This document shows, piece by piece, positions 34,501 through 47,755 of a stretch of DNA of 64,000 nucleotides. The stretch comes from Eledone cirrhosa (taxonomy: Eukaryota): contig OZ024745.1 of assembly GCA_964016885.1 (NCBI GenBank), forward strand, positions 26,164,001 to 26,228,000, in the 5' to 3' direction. Each line of letters starts with the position of its first letter. Within the stretch, counting starts at the first letter, position 1. The notes beneath the pieces are model-generated. The model saw only the letters and a program-made list of their open reading frames with translations. It ran no database searches and was not told the origin of the DNA. Made by a program: the position numbers and the translations under genes.

Positions 34501-35543
34501 ATATATATATATACGATGTATTATTTGCATAGCATCGAGTGCTTTAATTTATTACATCATGATCTGCTAACTGAATGACCAGCCCTACCCATTGGCAAAC
34601 AGCACAACATAACTACCTGACAGAAGTGTAGATTGGGGAATATAAAACAAAGAAGCGAAACAATAAATTGCATTGAAAGAAAAGAAACTGACGCAAGCCA
34701 ACATGGTTTACTAATGTTTATGTCACTTGTCACTGGCGCCTAAATTGAGCAGTGTCGTCTAGTGTTCAATATATGAAGTCATATGTTTTCGACAAGATCC
34801 TGCAGTTGACATTCAAATTAGCACGTCTGTGTCAGTGAGGTTTTCCCTTTTCCGATTCGAATTTTAAGGTCTTAAGCTATTGCTATAAATCGAGATTTGG
34901 GTAGGCGGCAGCAATATGATACTGTGTTAGGGAAAGGATAGAAATATCTTTGTTGATAAAAGAAACTAGAGCCGAGTTGACAGGAAGGATTAAAACTTCA
35001 TCTGAATTTCGCAACACGTAATTAGGACGGTTTTGAAAACTAAAGAACTAAAGTCAACCATGTTCCTGCAGAAGTGCATATAAGGGCAGCAGGCCTTTGT
35101 CTATTGTTGACATTTAATTTGATGTAATGTTTCAAGATTGGATTAGTGTTAACATTTAAATACGATTGGCTGGTCATTGTCTGATATCGAGAAAAGCACA
35201 CTACCACACAAATAAACTTTGTCTTCTGAAATTCTATTCAATTCCTGAGATTTTGTGAAGTGTTTGTTGAAGTGTTTACAGGAATAAATATTACAAACAA
35301 CACTAACAATAGCACTGTTTGTATTGTGTATGCATGTCAACACCTCATAACATATATTTATTCATGTATATATTATTTATATTATTCTTGTTTTATACGT
35401 AAGTGTATTGAGCAATGTTCATATTATTACAGATACTTGTTTTCATTGTTATACTGTTACTGTTGTTCATCTTTACGAAATATTTTCATCAATATCACCT
35501 TTCAATGGCGTTCTAGTTAATTTCACGAAATCATTAAATAAAT

Positions 35544-35862
35544 TACCGTATCTGCCGGCCTATTGGACGCACTTTTGTTCATAGAAACATATAAAAATCT
35601 TCCCTGCGTCCAATACGCCTGTAATTACGATGGGAGACCGAACGTAGGGTGAGGACAATCATGGTTAAACAATTTAGTTTGTGTAAATATTAGTTTTACT
35701 AATACAGTATTACAATACAATTTATATAAGAAAAATGATGTCGAACTTATATTTCGAAAACAATGAAATAAATTTCAATAAATCTATAAAGAAATCTACT
35801 AAATTTTTTTTTCTCTCAAAATATCCTTCTAAAAACATTATAAAACGCCATCAAATACGGTA
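35544..35862. mobile_element. Tc1/mariner-pogo type MITE
   Basis: TA-CCGTAT...ATACGG-TA termini and internal TATTGGACGCA/TGCGTCCAATA inverted motifs. Confidence 0.65.
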
Positions 35863-36213
35863 ATTCGAATATGAAGACCTATCTAATATTTATAAATTCT
35901 ATCTTGGATATATATAACTCAATTTTCACCGTCTGAGGCTAAATTCATTACACGGATATACATAGAATATTTAAACGAAAATCATTTCGATTGTAAAATA
36001 GCTACATCAATTAGTAAGTTCGTTGAAGACGTCTTCTTCGGAAAAATTTGAAAACTTTGATCCTTTTACCATTGTTATTCAGCCTCCTAAATACATACTC
36101 TATTTTCATTACCCTACTTAAACAGATGTAAAATTGAAAGATTATATGTTGTTGTGACTACTAAGTCTAAGTCTTATATACACAGATATAACTTATATAT
36201 ATATATATATATA

Positions 36214-36630
36214 CAATACATAAACAGAGAAAGCCTTAAGCGATACTCCGATCAACTCCATCACACTCAACAAACATTAGAATATACCTAAGTATTATCC
36301 CAATTTAGTGCTTGGGGTGCTAACTAATCAGTGTTTCGTGGATAGCTCGTTGTATTATTTTATATGAGACATTATTAAATAAATATCTCTTTCCTTCCAG
36401 ACGGCCGTTTCGTTATAAAATTTCTACAATTTGGGATAAATAATTTCCAGGTTATGTAGAAACTTGTATATAATCCATAGTTTTATACACAAGCGGGCTC
36501 TTATAAACTCATCAGTGGATGCCCAAATAATATCGATATGAGAATTATATCGACATTAATAGAATGGTGATGGTCTCCCTCAGCGCTAAGAAGAGACTGG
36601 TAGATTAGAAAATCCAACAGTCCTCCCAAT
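36214..36630 (-). mobile_element. pLTR-like repeat (family G) carrying a hammerhead
   Basis: (TA)n-flanked. A second copy at 38417-38444 plus 41435-41790 is split by hAT and SINE insertions. Confidence 0.7.
36396..36519 (-). ncRNA. Type I hammerhead with intact core and a stem II loop of about 80 nt
   Basis: TCCA-CTGATGA-GTTTATAA...TTATAAC-GAAA-CGGCCG-TC-TGGA. GUC cleavage triplet and palindromic stem III ACGGCCGT. Confidence 0.7.
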
Positions 36631-36641
36631 ATATATATATA

Positions 36642-36974
36642 TCATCATCATTTTACGTCCGCTTTTCCCTGCTTGCAAGGGTGGGACGGGAACTGATTCT
36701 GACTTGATTTCTACAGCTGGATGCCCTTCCTAACACCAACCTCATTTACATTGAGTGCTGGGTGCTTATATGCCGTGGCACCTCCACGACCACTTTACAG
36801 TGGGATGATAGGGACCCCAGTCCCTATCATCTCATTTCTACAGCTGACTAAACTGGAGCAATGTGAAATAAAGTGTCTTGCTCAAGGAAACAACACATCA
36901 CCCGGTCTGAGAATTGAACTCACAACCTTTCGATTGCAAGGCCAATGCTCTAACCACTAAGCCACGTGCCTCCA
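36642..36974 (-). mobile_element. Second tRNA-derived SINE family with a LINE-like 3' tail and (GAT)n end
   Basis: Minus-strand head GGCACGTGGCTTAGTGGTTAGAGC...GAGTTCAATTCTC, then CCTTGAGCAAGACACTT core and GGTTGGTGTTAGGAAGGGCATCCAGCTGTAGAAA tail. Confidence 0.82.
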
Positions 36975-37091
36975 TATATATATATAGTTATGTAATAAAC
37001 AACATAAGATAATTATTTCATTTAGCAGTGTTGTTCATTACATAACTAATAAGCTCTGTAACTTTTTTCCTGGACCTTTCCGACGGAATTC

Positions 37092-37129
<38 letters not shown>

Positions 37130-37455
37130 TGATTAATGTTCAGAGCCATCCTCAACATTCTCGTGTAGCACCCATCCACCATCTGAGTGAGTTTCTTGGT
37201 CAGTCTCCAAGTCTCAGACCCATACAGCAGCACAGACTCCACTACAGCAATGAAGAGGCGGATTTTCAGGTCTCTACGAAGGTCCGACTTCCACATGGAC
37301 ACACTAGAAGAGGAAGACCAAGGTTAACGTATGTTGATGCCATAAGGACAGACACTGGTCTGTTGGGGACGCAGGTCATGGCAACGATAATGAGCGACAG
37401 AGACCGCTGGAGAAAACTCGTCCATGGATCTCGGGAATTTTACCCGCCTTAGAAG
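37130..37455. mobile_element. RTE-clade LINE 3' fragment with a 5' inversion
   Basis: Minus 37130-37296 gives WKSDLRRDLKIRLFIAVVESVLLYGSETW...RMLRMALNI. Plus 37294-37452 gives HGHTRRGRPRLTYVD...MSDRDRWRKLV...stop. Confidence 0.88.
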
Positions 37456-37521
37456 ATATATATATATATATATATATATACGATATTAAATAAATGGAAA
37501 CTATATTTATAAAACCATATC

Positions 37522-37587
37522 TATTTCATTATATATATTTCAGGGATATCATATTAACAATATGTTATGCCTTCCTCAGACAAAATA
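37522..37587 (-). ncRNA. Type I hammerhead (left arm)
   Basis: Reverse complement of 37741-37806. Confidence 0.75.
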
Positions 37588-37740
37588 CAATATAGACAGT
37601 TTTATAGATAAATAGATTTGACATACCGTTCAACATCGACTTGTATTTGAAAAAGTTGATTTGGCAGTTCAACTTTTTCAAATACAAGTCGATGTTGAAC
37701 GGTATGTCAAATCTATTTATCTATAAAACCGTCTATATTG

Positions 37741-37806
37741 TATTTTGTCTGAGGAAGGCATAACATATTGTTAATATGATATCCCTGAAATATATATAAT
37801 GAAATA
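37741..37806 (+). ncRNA. Type I hammerhead (right arm)
   Basis: TATTTTGT-CTGAGGA-AGG..CATATT gtt AATATG..CCT-GAAA-TATATA-TA-ATGAAATA. Confidence 0.78.
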
Positions 37807-37933
37807 GATATGGTTTTATAAATATAGTTTCCATTTATTTAATATCGTAAATATACTCCAAATACTTGTTGAGTGCTTTTATATCAGTTATAAATATTTA
37901 CTAGTTGTAACCCAACAATTTAAATATAACTTT

Positions 37934-38010
<77 letters not shown>

Positions 38011-38118
38011 TATATAACCACATTATAGAGATGTGATCTCTGAATTCGGAATTGTTAAGTAAAATACCATTACAGTACTGGAATAGAATCCTCTTCTATC
38101 TCTCTTTGTCCCTTTCTT

Positions 38119-38156
<38 letters not shown>

Positions 38157-38176
38157 TCTCTCTCTCTCTTCCCCCC

Positions 38177-38239
<63 letters not shown>

Positions 38240-38244
<5 letters not shown>

Positions 38245-38338
38245 ATAATAAAAAATTTGAAGACTAAAATCGAAGGAGGGCTCGATAAGTGTGAAGGCAG
38301 CGATTCTTTGCTTAAACTTTAATGTTATTTAATAAAGA
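38240..38338. mobile_element. Family F minimal copy: tail plus inverted pLTR end
   Basis: The left half is the inverse of 28544-28592. The right half matches 28458-28503. Confidence 0.75.
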
Positions 38339-38444
38339 TATGTATTTATATATAGCCGTCGAAATGGCTTGAGCTCTGCCGTCGGGGTCATACATTTTCC
38401 TATATATATATATATTTAATACATTAACAGAGAAAGCTTTAAGC

Positions 38445-41426
38445 CAGGGGCCACCTTTTGGAGAGAGAGGGCCAAACAGCTATGCAGTATCATGGAGGAG
38501 GGCCATGCAGTACCATGGAGGAGGGCCATGTTATTTAATATGTAAATCAATTTTCTGGAGGTTTAAAGCACAACAAGGAATTTAATATAATTTTATTTTA
38601 ACAAGGCCCCTTATTTTACTGCAGGAATAACAAAAAAAAAAAGAAAAAAAAACTACAAACACATTTAACAAAAAAAAAAAGCAAATTCCTTATTTTACTG
38701 CAGGAATAACAGAAAAACAACTACTATCACAATCAACAGAAAAAAAAGCAAATTCCTTGCTACAAACGAAATACAGTTAGAAATGGTAAATGATTTAATA
38801 AGACCCTTGTTTCTGCTTATTGTGCGATAACTTCTCCACATCAGGTGAAATATTTGTCGATGATAGGAGCAAAACATCATTCAAGTGGTTGTCACGCAAC
38901 CTTGTTCTTAAATGACTTTTAGTATATTTCATTTTGGAAAAAAGTTGTTCACAAGCTTATGTACTTCCAAATAATGATATCATCAGTTTCGCATTAGTCA
39001 AGATGTTTTTATATTTTCCGCTTGGCAATATATATTTCTTGTAGAAGTCAGCAGTGGATTTGAACTGAAATTTCGATTTCAGAGATTCGTCGCACTGTAA
39101 GTCAATTAACTCCAACTGATATTCTTCTGCCACTTGCTCCACATCTGTTTCGTAAGGAGTACCAAATAACTTAAATAGAGTTCCATATTGCCGGAAGTCA
39201 CCAAAACGAGAGGAAAACTCACTTCTCAAATCCTTAATAGAGCTCACAAAGATGTCTGGTATTATATCTCTCTTGTGATTTTGGAGACTTGGGAAATGAG
39301 AGTAGTTTCCTTTTTGAAGTTGTGATTCCCACAGTCGAAGTTTTCTATCAAAAGCAGTAATTTGACCAAACATCTCAAATACAACCTTGTTCTTTCCTTG
39401 AAGCTCAAGATTCAAAGTGTTCATGTGGGTCGTGATGTCCACTAAAAAAGCTAACTTGACAACCCACCGTGGATCCTGATAGTAAGAATTATCTTGGTCT
39501 TTGCTCTCTAAAACATAGAAATCTCTTCTCTCAATGCATATACTCGTTCTATCATTTTTCCGCGGCTAAGCCATCGAACATTTGAAAAATATATAAGGTC
39601 GCCATACTCTGCTTCAATTTGTTTTAGAAATTCTTGAAACTGGCGGTGATTTAGTCCTCTTGACAGTATAAAATTCACTGTTTTCACGACCACTGCCATG
39701 ATGTCCTTAAAATTCAGTCACTTTTCACATAATGCTTCATGAAGTTTGATTAGTTTTTTATCAATACCGATGTCGTTTTTGAGCAATGCAACAAACCCTT
39801 TTTCTCTCCAACCATTGCTGGTGCTCCATCTGTGATTACTCCAGAAAGCTTTGATAAATCCAGATTCATTTCGGTAATCCATTTTATTATGCTTTCCAAA
39901 ATATCTGCTCCAGTGCTAGTGTCCTTCATAGGAATCAATTGTACAAATTCTTCAACAATATCAAATGTTGGTTTTACACCCCTCACAAACACTGCAAGTT
40001 GACAAGTATCCTTCATATCTGTTGTTTCATCGATAGCAATTGAATAATACTCCAGATTATTTAAAATGCCCTCCAAGCCACTTCTGACATTTGCTGCCAG
40101 CTCTTCAATTCGCCTTGTTACTGTTCTTGCCGATCAGCTGATCGCAGAAAATAATTCCCTTTTTTCTTGACAAACATCTGCTACCTTCAACAATAATTCT
40201 TTGAAGAAATTTCCATCAGTAAAAGGTTTCACCGTTTCTGCAATTAGTTTTGACACCTCGTAGCTAGCACGAGTATTTCGGTCACTTTCTTCAACTTTTC
40301 TAGTGAAAAAGGATGATTGCTTTGTTACATTATTTCTCAGCCGTGCAACTTCGTTTACTCGTGCTTTTCCAATAAAACTGTTGTAATGATTATGACGAGT
40401 TTCATAGTGCCGCTTAATATTTGAAACTTTCTACGCGGCAATGGTTTCTTGACAAATTAAGCAAACACATTTTCCGAAAAAATGAAAAAATAGCTAAGTG
40501 TCCAGCCATCGTTAAAAGTTCGGCACTCCAAATCCACTTTTCTTTTCTTAGCTTCCATTGGCTTGTTTTTGTTCAAACAAAAAAGATTTATGGAAAGGAA
40601 AAAGAACAAAAAGTATAATAATCAGAATGAAGAAATAAGAAACAATGAAAACAAATGTAAATGCAAATACAGTAATGCGATAAAATATGATAATTGTGAA
40701 TAAATTATATAAAACAAGGTTTCTTACGACGCTGTTAGAGTAGGGTTGCCACTTATTTTTTTAAACCACTTTTGGCCTAATTCTAATAATAATATTATTT
40801 ATCACAAATAATTAAATAAACGTTATTATCGAATAAAGATACACACTGTATAGTTATTATACCACCAGACAACAAACTCAAATGAAAATACTCTGGGGAG
40901 GAGGGAACAAAGTAATTTTTCCAAGGACAGCTTTACCTTGTGCCGGGGGCACAGGTAAGGTCAAGCAAACGAAGACGACAATAATTCACGAGTGATTTTA
41001 TTGAATGACAATATGGGTTTAAAAGCGAGTCATGCGAACCGTAAGGTAGTATACCTTCCAGTCGCTGACGAAAATGCATACTTCCAGCCAACATTTGTGT
41101 TTGTTGACTGGAACAAAACCACATACATGAAATCACAGGAAATAATAATACAGGTGATATAATGCTTGGCGGAAAGCCCAGAAAAAGATGGATAAGAGGA
41201 AATAATAATAAATGGAAAATATAATAATGTTACAAAGGTATCTGTAAATATATACGGTATGAGCAGCGATTTTTGATGAGCATCAGGTCGGCACAACCTT
41301 GAAGTGAACTACTGTATCTGTTTTCGATACTAATTAGATAATTAGTGTCCAGTGTAAGATGGCGGGCCGGACAAAAATCACTCGAGGGCCGGATGTGGCC
41401 CGCGGGCCGGTGGTTGCCGACCCCTG
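38445..41426 (-). mobile_element. hAT DNA transposon (Buster/Charlie/SPIN-like)
   Basis: CAGGGG...CCCCTG termini. 8-bp TSD CTTTAAGC at 38437-38444 and 41427-41434. Transposase pseudogene inside. Confidence 0.93.
38795..40558 (-). pseudogene. hAT transposase (GTF2IRD2/SPIN-like), disrupted
   Basis: MEAKKRKVDLECRTFNDGW, SIAIDETTDMKDTCQLAVFVRG, TDGAPAMVG, LNHRQF, VRWLSRG, LNLELQG, SLFGST. Multiple frameshifts. Confidence 0.93.
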
Positions 41427-41565
41427 CTTTAAGCGATACTCTGACCAACTCCATTTCACCCAACAAACATTAGGATATACCTGAGTATAATCCCAATTAT
41501 GTGTTTGCGGTGCTAACTATATAGTATTCCGTGGATAATTGGTTGTATTATTTTATATGAGACAC

Positions 41566-41752
41566 AAGGGCGGTGGATTGGCAGTATCGGTAGAGGGTCG
41601 GACGCCATGCTTTGAAGCATAGAGTTACGTCCCTTTATGATCTGGGTTCAAATCCCGCCGAGGTTAACTTTGCCTTTCATCCTTACGGGGTCGATAGTAC
41701 CAGTAATGTACTGGAATAATTGCTGGCCTTGTGCCAAAAAGTAGAAACAATT
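41566..41752 (+). mobile_element. SINE S1 inserted in family G repeat
   Basis: Full head and tail. TSD-like TATTTTATATGA on both sides. Confidence 0.88.
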
Positions 41753-41788
41753 ATTTTATATGACATATTAATTAAATAAATCTCTCTC

Positions 41789-41848
<60 letters not shown>

Positions 41849-42024
41849 CCTCTTTCTCTGTCTCGCTCTGCCTTTCCTTCTCTGGAAGAAATCCACCCTG
41901 TTTTAAATGCCCAAGTCAGGCCGTGTGTCAGAATGGTGACTCTATAATTCCATCAAGATGCAAGGGTCTTCCGGCTTACCATACCTCTGGTCATCATCAT
42001 TATCATCAGAAACAGAGGAAAGAG

Positions 42025-42424
42025 TAGCATAATTGTTAGAGCAGCAAACAAATGCTTTGCAGTATTTCTTCCAGGGCTTTATATTCTGAGTTCAAATCTC
42101 ACCGAGGATAGCTTTACCTTTTATCCTCACGCGGTCGATGAAATAATAAAGTACCAGTGATGCACTGTGGTCATCAATTAAATCGACTTTTCCCTCGCCC
42201 AAAATTGTTGGCTTTGTGCCCAAATCAACATCATTATGGATTGGCAGTATCAGTAGAGGGTCGGATGCTATGCTTTGCAGCACTGAGTTACGCGCCTTTA
42301 TGATCTGAGTTCAAATCCCGCTGAGGTTAACTTTGCCTTTCATCCTTACGGGGTCGATAAAATAAAGTACCAGTAATGCACTGGGATAATTGCTGGCCTT
42401 GTGCCAAATGTAGAAACAATTATC
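42025..42424 (+). mobile_element. Two tandem SINE S1 copies, the first diverged
   Basis: B boxes at about 42089 and 42307, with shared core and tail. Confidence 0.85.
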
Positions 42425-42599
42425 ATTAGCAACAGAGTATCAGGAGCCTTTTCTTAATCTATCTACTACTACGAAAACTCATTCAAAACAGGACTGACAA
42501 ATAAAATTGAGGTTTCAAGAAAATCACACTGAAATATTTTCGATTTAGTACTAAGCTCTGATTATAGAATCTTAGAATTCCCACATGTTGTCAGTGGAT

Positions 42600-43870
<1,271 letters not shown>

Positions 43871-44135
43871 AGATAAAAATCTCTTAGAAATAAGATACCG
43901 GGGTGACTCATTTGAACAACAGGGAAACAACACAACACATGATCAAGAAGATGTATTAATTCTGTTAAGCACACATGCACACACAACCCCCCTCCCCACA
44001 CACACAGACATACACGCACACACCCCGAGGGAGAAACACGCACACAAACTCACATATGTATACAATTTATATAATACAAAAGCATGGACACTATATCTGC
44101 ATACATAAATACACACATACTCATACATACATACA

Positions 44136-44166
<31 letters not shown>

Positions 44167-44280
44167 CATACATACATACATACATACATACATACATACA
44201 TACATACATACATACATACTCATACATACATAAATACACACATACTCATACATACATACATACATACATACATACATACA

Positions 44281-44350
<70 letters not shown>

Positions 44351-44559
44351 GTAGTTGTTCCTGCGTAAATGACGATAACAGTAGACCATCACTGTACATA
44401 TTTTCGAAAATTCGTGTAAAGTACTCTCGTGGAACTTGGAAAGAGGCGCTTTCCTTGTAGCCACATCTTTGCACCCGGTGAGTGTTCTAAAATAAAATAA
44501 CAAAACCTACACCATTGAAGCTGATGGATTGAAGATTTTCACGAATTGAAGGATAACAA

Positions 44560-44864
44560 TATATAATATAACTAACAATAAGTTATCGCTCTACATGGCT
44601 GAACACAATAAATGTAATCTGAGTTTTTCGAATATTAATAATAATATTTTTTCACTAGCTCTGACAGTTGGCAGGTGAACAGTAAACTGCACTAATGAAG
44701 GGTAATCACCCAGAAACATTAGTGTCTGCATTTCTGTTTACATGCCAACACAAGAGCAATAATGAGGGGCTCGTTCTACTGACATGGCTTAAAAGTGGCT
44801 GTTTGCATAATTGCAAACAAATCGAATAATATTATTAATATTCGAAAAACTCAGATTACATTTA
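44560..44864. mobile_element. Element with inverted ends of about 37 bp and a degenerate hammerhead (family H)
   Basis: 44609-44646 is inverted at 44828-44864. At 44688-44730 (+): TGCA-CTAATGA-AGGGT aatc ACCCA-GAAA-CATTAGTG-TC-TGCA, inside an extended stem (GTTGGCA/TGCCAAC, GTAAAC/GTTTAC). Confidence 0.65.
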
Positions 44865-44869
44865 ATATA

Positions 44870-45056
44870 TAATTGTTTCTACTTTTGGCACAAGGCCAGC
44901 AATTATCCCAGTGGTTTACTGGTACTTTATTTTATCGACCCCGTAAGGATGAAAGACAAAGTTAACCTCGGCGGGATTTGAACTCAGACCATAAGGTGCC
45001 TTAAGGCCTTGCTGAAAAGCATGGCGTCCGACCCTCTACCTATACTGCCAATCCAC
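44870..45056 (-). mobile_element. SINE S1 with TSD TTTAATATATAAT
   Basis: Full-length match. The duplication is at 44861-44873 and 45058-45070. Confidence 0.88.
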
Positions 45057-46184
45057 GTTTAATATATAATATACATAAGGCAGAAACATTTGCTTTCAAT
45101 AATATACAATGTTGTTGCTAATACCAGCTAATCAATATGAGTAATCAGGTAAATATATGGACAATGATAGAAACTCTACAAGATCAATCACATGTTTGCG
45201 TAAAGGGCAGGAGTTATCTGCTGGCTTCAACGAATTACAGCACCATTACATAGAAGATTCTTCTGTTTGTCACTCTCCTTTTATAGAAACATATCTTTTT
45301 ACAGCTGTTTTCTTTCTATCTCTCTTTCCTTCTCTGTCTCCGTCTCCGTTATATAACACACACACATACACACACACACACACACACACATACATACACT
45401 CACTCATACGCACGCACGCACACTCACACACACAGACACACACACAAATATATATATATACATAAACATATATAACAACATATACATATATGTGTGTGTC
45501 TGTTTGTGCGTACGTATGTAAGTATGTGTGGGCGCGTGCGTGGGTGTACGAGTGTGCAGGCGTCTGTGTTGTGTGTGTTGTGTGTGTGTGATCAATACAT
45601 TGTGAACAAGGAGAAAATAAAGTAAATAATATATCAATTCTAAATTTTGTTTACACCTTTAGCATACATTTTTAGTTTTCATTCATATACACACAATTTC
45701 ATTCTAGACACGCAATATCTACGCCCGTTTATTTTGACTATATTTATCTACATATTTTCTTTTTTCCTTTTTCCTTTCTATATATTTATGATATCCTTTA
45801 CATTAACACCTTACATCTCCTCCCAATTAATAATTCAAATAGTAATTGTGCTAACATTATGAATGTAATCTGGCATTTTTCTCTTTCTTTTAGCACCCAC
45901 TTAAAACTAATGTTATTCAAATATTTTCTGTGACTTCTATTAGATATAGAAATTTATTACTTTTCTAAAATTCCGATTGAAAAACTAACGTAATGAGACA
46001 TAATTATAAAAATCATGGTAACGAACTGTTTTTCATGAATTTGGTAACGACTAAAATATAATTGTGTATGGATAATGATCTGCAGAATACATATTTTAGT
46101 CTGTATAAAGCACATTTGAGCTGATTTACGGTAAAATAATTTTGAAATATTTTCTATTTTAATCCATATTTTTTGTATATGTTA

Positions 46185-46570
46185 GTATTTTTGTTTTGCG
46201 AGATTTCTTATCTGAAAACGAACAGGTGCGGGTGTTTTTATTGGGCAACATGACCCTCTCAAAGTATAACAATATATATATATATTTATATATATATATA
46301 TATATATATATAGGGTCATATTGCCAATAAAAACACACGCACATGTTCGGTTTCAGATAAGAAATCTCGCAAAACAAATTCAAAAACGAAAACTAATCCA
46401 TACCAAACAGTGAGTGTGTTTTATTTTTATTTCTGGCAATATTATAACAATATGACACTCCCCAAGTAGAACAATATTTGTTTCAACACATGATTTCATA
46501 TTAAAAAAAACCTTGGTGAAAGCAGCGATTTTTGGCTTAAACTTTAATGTTCTTATAATAAATAATAACA
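46185..46570. mobile_element. Cluster of diverged family A and family F termini, including an inverted pair around (TA)n
   Basis: 46193-46258 pairs with 46312-46378. A family F end lies at 46515-46562. Confidence 0.65.
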
Positions 46571-47560
46571 AGTATTACAATAATAATTGTAGGAATCCAA
46601 CTAATTGATTTTTAACTCTAGGTGCGTAAATGAAGTTGTCTGCGAATGTACTGTAAATCTGCACCATCTTCTAAAGCATGCATTTACCTTGCCGCCAATA
46701 ATTTCGAAATCTCGATACTCTCAGCATCTCATTCATTTAAAAACCCCACCTCAAATCAAACAGCATCACTTGCATAATATATAGGCAGGAATTCTAAAAC
46801 AAATTCTGTAATCCGCTGAAGTTCTATAGATTTTACTGGATAAAGATCTGTTAAACAAAATCTGGAAAATGAGTAATCTCATGCAAACAGAGTATATGAC
46901 AAAAAAGTATGTGACCTTATTTAATTTATGATAAGAGAGAAATTAGGAGCTCATTTCAGGCGGCGTACGTACAGTTCCAATAAGAATTTCAATCTCATAG
47001 ATTTTTCAAATTAGTAAAACAACATCTCAGGTGTTCGAAATACAATATATATGAAAAATAAAATAAAATGCAGATAAAAAAATTCCGTGTAGGGACGTAG
47101 TGACTAAATATACTCTACATGACTGGAGTATATTTTCTATCAGTAGGGTGTTTATACCTGTGTGTACGTACGTATGTAAGTGAGAGAGAGATAGGGAGAT
47201 ATAGTGTGTGTGTGTGTACTGTGCGCGCTTATATTTGAGTTGATATATGTACATACGCGTGCGTGGTTTGTGTATAGGTATCCAAAACATTTATTTATGC
47301 GTTGAAGATGATGTGTATTTCTGTATGAACTAAACATACATTCTTCCATCGTTGTTCTTTTTAAATATAATTTTCTGTTTATACATTGCTACTAAATTGG
47401 TATGATTCGTCTCTCTGTTATACTTCAGTATCTGGTTAAATATGTATGTGTGTATGTATGTATGTATGTATGTATGTATGTATGTATGTATGTATGTATG
47501 TATGTATGTATGTATGTATGTATGTATGTGTGTATGCATGTATGCCTGTCTGTCTGTATG

Positions 47561-47628
<68 letters not shown>

Positions 47629-47720
47629 CATACATGTATGTGTGTGTGTATGCGAGCGTGTGTGTATGTGTGCGTGTTTGTGTGTGTTTGTGTTTGTGTG
47701 TCTGTGTATGAAGGTGTGTT

Positions 47721-47755
<35 letters not shown>

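Larger units (their letters stand above)
37481..37936. mobile_element. Fold-back palindromic pLTR derivative related to family C, arms of about 180 bp plus a tail of about 90 nt
   Basis: 37481-37659 is inverted at 37669-37847. Tail at 37848-37936. (TA)n flanks. Confidence 0.87.
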
